From: Octopus vulgaris | Taxonomy: Eukaryota | Reading direction: 5' to 3' | DNA length: 64,000 nucleotides | Assembly (NCBI GenBank): GCA_951406725.2 | Contig: OX597815.1 | Coordinates: forward strand, 14,632,001 to 14,696,000 | Shown: positions 60,001 to 64,000 of the stretch, one piece after another | Layout of the letters: every line of letters starts with the position of its first letter | Numbering within the stretch: position 1 is the first letter of the stretch | Made by a program: the position numbers and the translations under genes | The notes under the pieces: generated by a model | Seen by the model: only the letters and a program-made list of their open reading frames with translations | What the model was told of the DNA's origin: nothing | The model's database searches: none

Positions 60001-62124
60001 CTAACCTGTATGAATATGTTTGTGTTGAGTTAAGACACTGTTCTGAGAGAATGATTTACCACAGATATCACAGGTATATGGTTTCTCCCCTGTATGAACA
60101 CGCTTGTGTATAGTTAAGTTACTGCTTTCAGAGAATGATGTTCCACAGATATCACAGGTATATGGTTTCTCCCCTGTATGAACACGCTTGTGTTTATGTG
60201 TTAAGTTACTGCTTTCAGAGAATGATCTTCCACAGATATCACAGGTATATGGTTTCTCCCCTGTATGAATACGTTTGTGTATATTTAAGCCACCGCTATG
60301 AGAGAATGATTTACCACAGATATCACAGGAATATGGTTTCCCTCCTGTATGGATACGTTTGTGTTGAGTTACAGCACTGCCAAAACAGAATGATTTACCA
60401 CAGATATCACAGGTATATGGTTTCTCCTCTGTATGAACCCATTTGTGTTTAGTTAAGCTACTGCTATGAGAGAATAAATTACCACAGATATCACAAGAAT
60501 ATGGTTTCTCTCCCGTATGGATACGCGTGTGTGAAGTTAAGCCACCGCTATGAGAGAAAGATTTACCACAGATATCACAGTGATATGGTTTCTCCCCTGT
60601 ATGAATATTTTTGTGTTGAGTTAAATGACTGTGATCAGAGAATGATTTTCCACAGATATCACAGGTATATGGTTTCTCCTCTGTATGAACCCATTTGTGA
60701 GTAGTTAAGCCACTGCTATGAGAGAATGATTTACCACAGATATCACAGTGATATGGTTTCTCACCTGTATGAATACGTTTGTGTTTAGTTAAGACACCGT
60801 TCTGAGAGAATGATTTACCACAGATATAACAGTGATATGGTTTCTCACCTGTATGAATACGTTTGTGTTTAGTTAAGACACCGTTCTGAGAGAATGATTT
60901 ACCACAGATATCACAGTGATATGGTTTCTCTCCTGTATGGATACGTGTGTGTTTAGTTAAGTGACTGCAAGCAGTGAATGATTTACCACAGATATCACAG
61001 TGATATGGTTTCTCCCCAGTATGAATACGTCTGTGCGTAGTCAGGGTAGTGTTTTGAGAGAATGATATACCACAGATATCACAGGTATATGGTTTCTCCT
61101 CTGTATGAACCCATTTGTGAGTAGTTAAGCCACTGCTATGAGAGAATGATTTACCACAGATATCACAGTGATATGGTTTCTCACCTGTATGAACACGTTT
61201 GTGTCGAGTTAAGGGACTGCCATTAGAGAATGATATACCACAGATATCACAGTGATATGGTTTCTCGCCTGTATGAATACGATTGTGCTTAGTTAAGCTG
61301 CCACTTTGAGAGAAAGATTTACTACAGATATCACAGGAATATGGTTTCTCCCCTGTATGAGTACGTTTGTGCTTAGTTACGCTACTTCCATCAAGGAAAG
61401 ATTTACCACAGATATCACAGTGATATCGTTTCTCCCCTGTATGAATGTGTTTGTGAATTGTCAAGTTACTTCCTAAAGTGAAGGATTTACCACAGATATC
61501 ACAATGATAAGGTTTCTCGCCTGTATGAACACGTTTGTGCTTAGTTACGCTACTTCCAGCAGGGAAAGATTTACCACAGATATCACAGTGATATGGTTTC
61601 TCCCCTGTATGAATGTGTTTGTGAATTGTCAAGTTACTTCCTAAAGTGAAGGATTTACCACAGATATCACAATGATAAGGTTTCTCTCCTGTATGAACCC
61701 GTTTGTGTCGAGTTAAGTGACTGCTATTAGAGAATAATTTACCACAGATATCACAGTGATATGGTTTCTCCCCTGTATGAATACGTTTGTGCTTAGTTAC
61801 GCTATTTGCATCAGAGAAAGATTTACCACAGATATCACAATGATAAGGTTTCTCTCCTGTATGAACCCGTTTGTGTCGAGTTAAGTGACTGCCATTAGAG
61901 AATGATTTACCACAGATATCACAGTGATATGGTTTCTCTCCTCTATGAATACGTTCGTGTTGAGTTAAGGTATTCCTGTGAGACAATGATTTACCACTGA
62001 TATCACAGTGATATGGTGCTTCCCCTGCATGAATTTGTTTGTGTTGATTGAGTTTACTTTCTTCTAAGAATGACTCTTTGCAGATGTCACAGTCATATGA
62101 TGATTTTCCTAATTCTTCCGACAT
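60001..62124 (-). CDS. C2H2 zinc-finger protein copy 7 (long type, 707 aa, 25 fingers; intact relative of copies 1/2)
   Basis: Intact ORF. Finger order largely matches copy 2 but lacks the frameshifts; one finger has a 1-aa insertion (NLTHKHKRVH). Confidence 0.94.
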   Translation of the reverse strand: MSEELGKSSYDCDICKESFLEESKLNQHKQIHAGEAPYHCDISGKSLSHRNTLTQHERIHRGEKPYHCDICGKSFSNGSHLTRHKRVHTGEKPYHCDICGKSFSDANSVTKHKRIHTGEKPYHCDICGKLFSNSSHLTRHKRVHTGEKPYHCDICGKSFTLGSNLTIHKHIHTGEKPYHCDICGKSFPAGSSVTKHKRVHTGEKPYHCDICGKSFTLGSNLTIHKHIHTGEKRYHCDICGKSFLDGSSVTKHKRTHTGEKPYSCDICSKSFSQSGSLTKHNRIHTGEKPYHCDICGISFSNGSPLTRHKRVHTGEKPYHCDICGKSFSHSSGLTTHKWVHTEEKPYTCDICGISFSQNTTLTTHRRIHTGEKPYHCDICGKSFTACSHLTKHTRIHTGEKPYHCDICGKSFSQNGVLTKHKRIHTGEKPYHCYICGKSFSQNGVLTKHKRIHTGEKPYHCDICGKSFSHSSGLTTHKWVHTEEKPYTCDICGKSFSDHSHLTQHKNIHTGEKPYHCDICGKSFSHSGGLTSHTRIHTGEKPYSCDICGNLFSHSSSLTKHKWVHTEEKPYTCDICGKSFCFGSAVTQHKRIHTGGKPYSCDICGKSFSHSGGLNIHKRIHTGEKPYTCDICGRSFSESSNLTHKHKRVHTGEKPYTCDICGTSFSESSNLTIHKRVHTGEKPYTCDICGKSFSQNSVLTQHKHIHTG

Positions 62125-64000
62125 CTCTTCAAGAAAAATAAAACTGAACCTTTAAGTTGTACAGATCAACAACTTTTCAAAAATATTTCTTCTCTCACCA
62201 AAATATATGGATATTTTTCTTCTTTCGTTTTTATAGTTTATTCCAAACAAATATCACTTCTCTTATATTTCTTCTAAATGTGATCAATGCCAATATTTAA
62301 AAATGCCGCAAGTACTCTTTGGAAATCTATCAAAGTATATTTAAAAGAGAAAATTATCTCTTGCACATTTCAGACACAGAAGTAAAGAAATGCTTTCTCT
62401 CTCAGAGGAAATATTTTACTGTAACTCAGCAACGTTTTATAGAAGCAGGATTATACGTTTATCGAATATCTTTGCAGAGTCTTTTAAACATGAAACACAT
62501 TGATGATTCTTCAAAAGTAAAAATTACTTTTTAGCCAATTTCATGTGATTTTCTGAAAGAATACGAAGGTAATATAAGATATCAAGTATGTTTAAAAGGC
62601 AGATATTCAAAAGTGCAAATTTACGACATTTCTTGTTTCAAAAATTTTAGATGTAATTCTTTATCTGTACTATTAAATTTATCCAATTTCTGCATTACCA
62701 AAATGTTTATATCATAGAGGAGACACATCTATTATAATACCAACTCCTGGAATATAAAGTCTGTCATAGACACAATTCCACACACACACACACCAATATA
62801 CATATAAATGACACTAGATTTCTGATGTTTTCATTGCAGTCTTGTATCTTTGTTTGCTAAAATAGATATCGCTCTTTCCCTAACTTCATCATCATCGTTT
62901 AACATCTGCTTTCCATGCTGGCATGGGTTGTGAGGTTTGACTGAGGACTGGCAAGCCATGAGGTTGAACAAGGTTTCAATCTTATCAGGCAAGATTTCTA
63001 CAGCTAGATGCTGTTTGAGTGTGTAGCGGTTGCCTTTTATATGTGCCACGGAGCCAGTCAGGTAGCATTGGTATCGACTATGCTTGAATGGTGCCTTTTA
63101 ACGTGCCACCGGCACGGGTGCAAGTCAGGCAGCACTAGCATCAATCATGCTCAAATGGTACTTTTTACATGCTACCTGCATGGGAGCCATATATACAAAT
63201 ACATGTATATATATATATATACATATATATATAAGGTTATCTCAACGTTAATATTTTGCTGAGCATAAAAGATGAATAAATGTCAGTAAATAATATTGAT
63301 GTCTCACTAACAGCATCAAAATCTTTGTGGGGAAATTTTAATGTAGGAAAAATTATTGGTTGATGTGGAGAATGAAAGCCAGATTCCTCCAAAGAGTTTG
63401 GCGCGTCCTGAAGAAGGCAATGTGCTGTTGAAATGGCCACCACGTTCACCTGAGCTGACATCTTGCCATATGTTTCTCAGGGAGGGCCTAGTCTATGTCT
63501 CCCCTCTTCCTGCAAGCCCAGAGGAACTTAAGCAGAGAATTATTACCATACTGGTCGTGAGATGTGCGAAAAATAACAGTTAAATAGCTCATAAATCACA
63601 GTTCATTGTTTTCTTTTTTTGGTTGCCTGACCGAACGAATTCTCGTACGCAGAAATTTCTGAAAATTCCCCCAAATAAAAATATGTGACGAGGGATTATA
63701 TTAGGTGCTTAAAGTAGCACTACACACACACAAAAATTAAATAAATTAGAAAACCATATTAATTCTAACTTTTAATGATGCAGAAGAACCACCAGAAATA
63801 AAAACTTCCTATGTTTCAAATAAAAGCTATTCCATTTCCTCTCGATGCGATATTTGCTTTTCGTTTCAGTATTTCAAGTGCACACTCGTATTTTTATACA
63901 TTCCCCATTTCTAACTAATTACATCGTAATTTTCCCGCATTTAACGAAATTGTCGAATTTACACGTTAGAAAGAAAGATAAATGTTATCTAAACAAGGGA

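Overview
Eukaryotic, AT-rich DNA, most likely from an octopus/coleoid cephalopod, judged from the recognisable tRNA-derived SINE and the [14 protein letters not shown] finger consensus (recognition, not a database result). The whole window is a head-to-tail tandem array of seven ~8.5-9.3 kb segmental-duplication units. Each unit carries a minus-strand poly-C2H2 zinc-finger gene with one coding exon, a putative non-coding upstream exon and no visible effector domain. Five genes are intact (16, 26, 15, 15 and 25 fingers). Two are frameshift-truncated to 16 fingers, and one of these also has a 12-finger internal duplication. Insertion polymorphisms mark the duplication history: a tRNA-SINE (type A spacers), a 5'-truncated CR1-like LINE (type B spacers), a TTAA piggyBac-like MITE (genes 1-2 only) and one full-length 5.3 kb Tx1/L1-clade LINE with a 13-bp TSD just upstream of the putative first-exon donor of gene 3. 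All units also share mariner/Tc1 remnants and a tail of decayed zinc-finger repeats behind a GAG>TAG stop in a TGEKP linker. No prokaryotic-type system, CRISPR array or rRNA/tRNA gene is evident.
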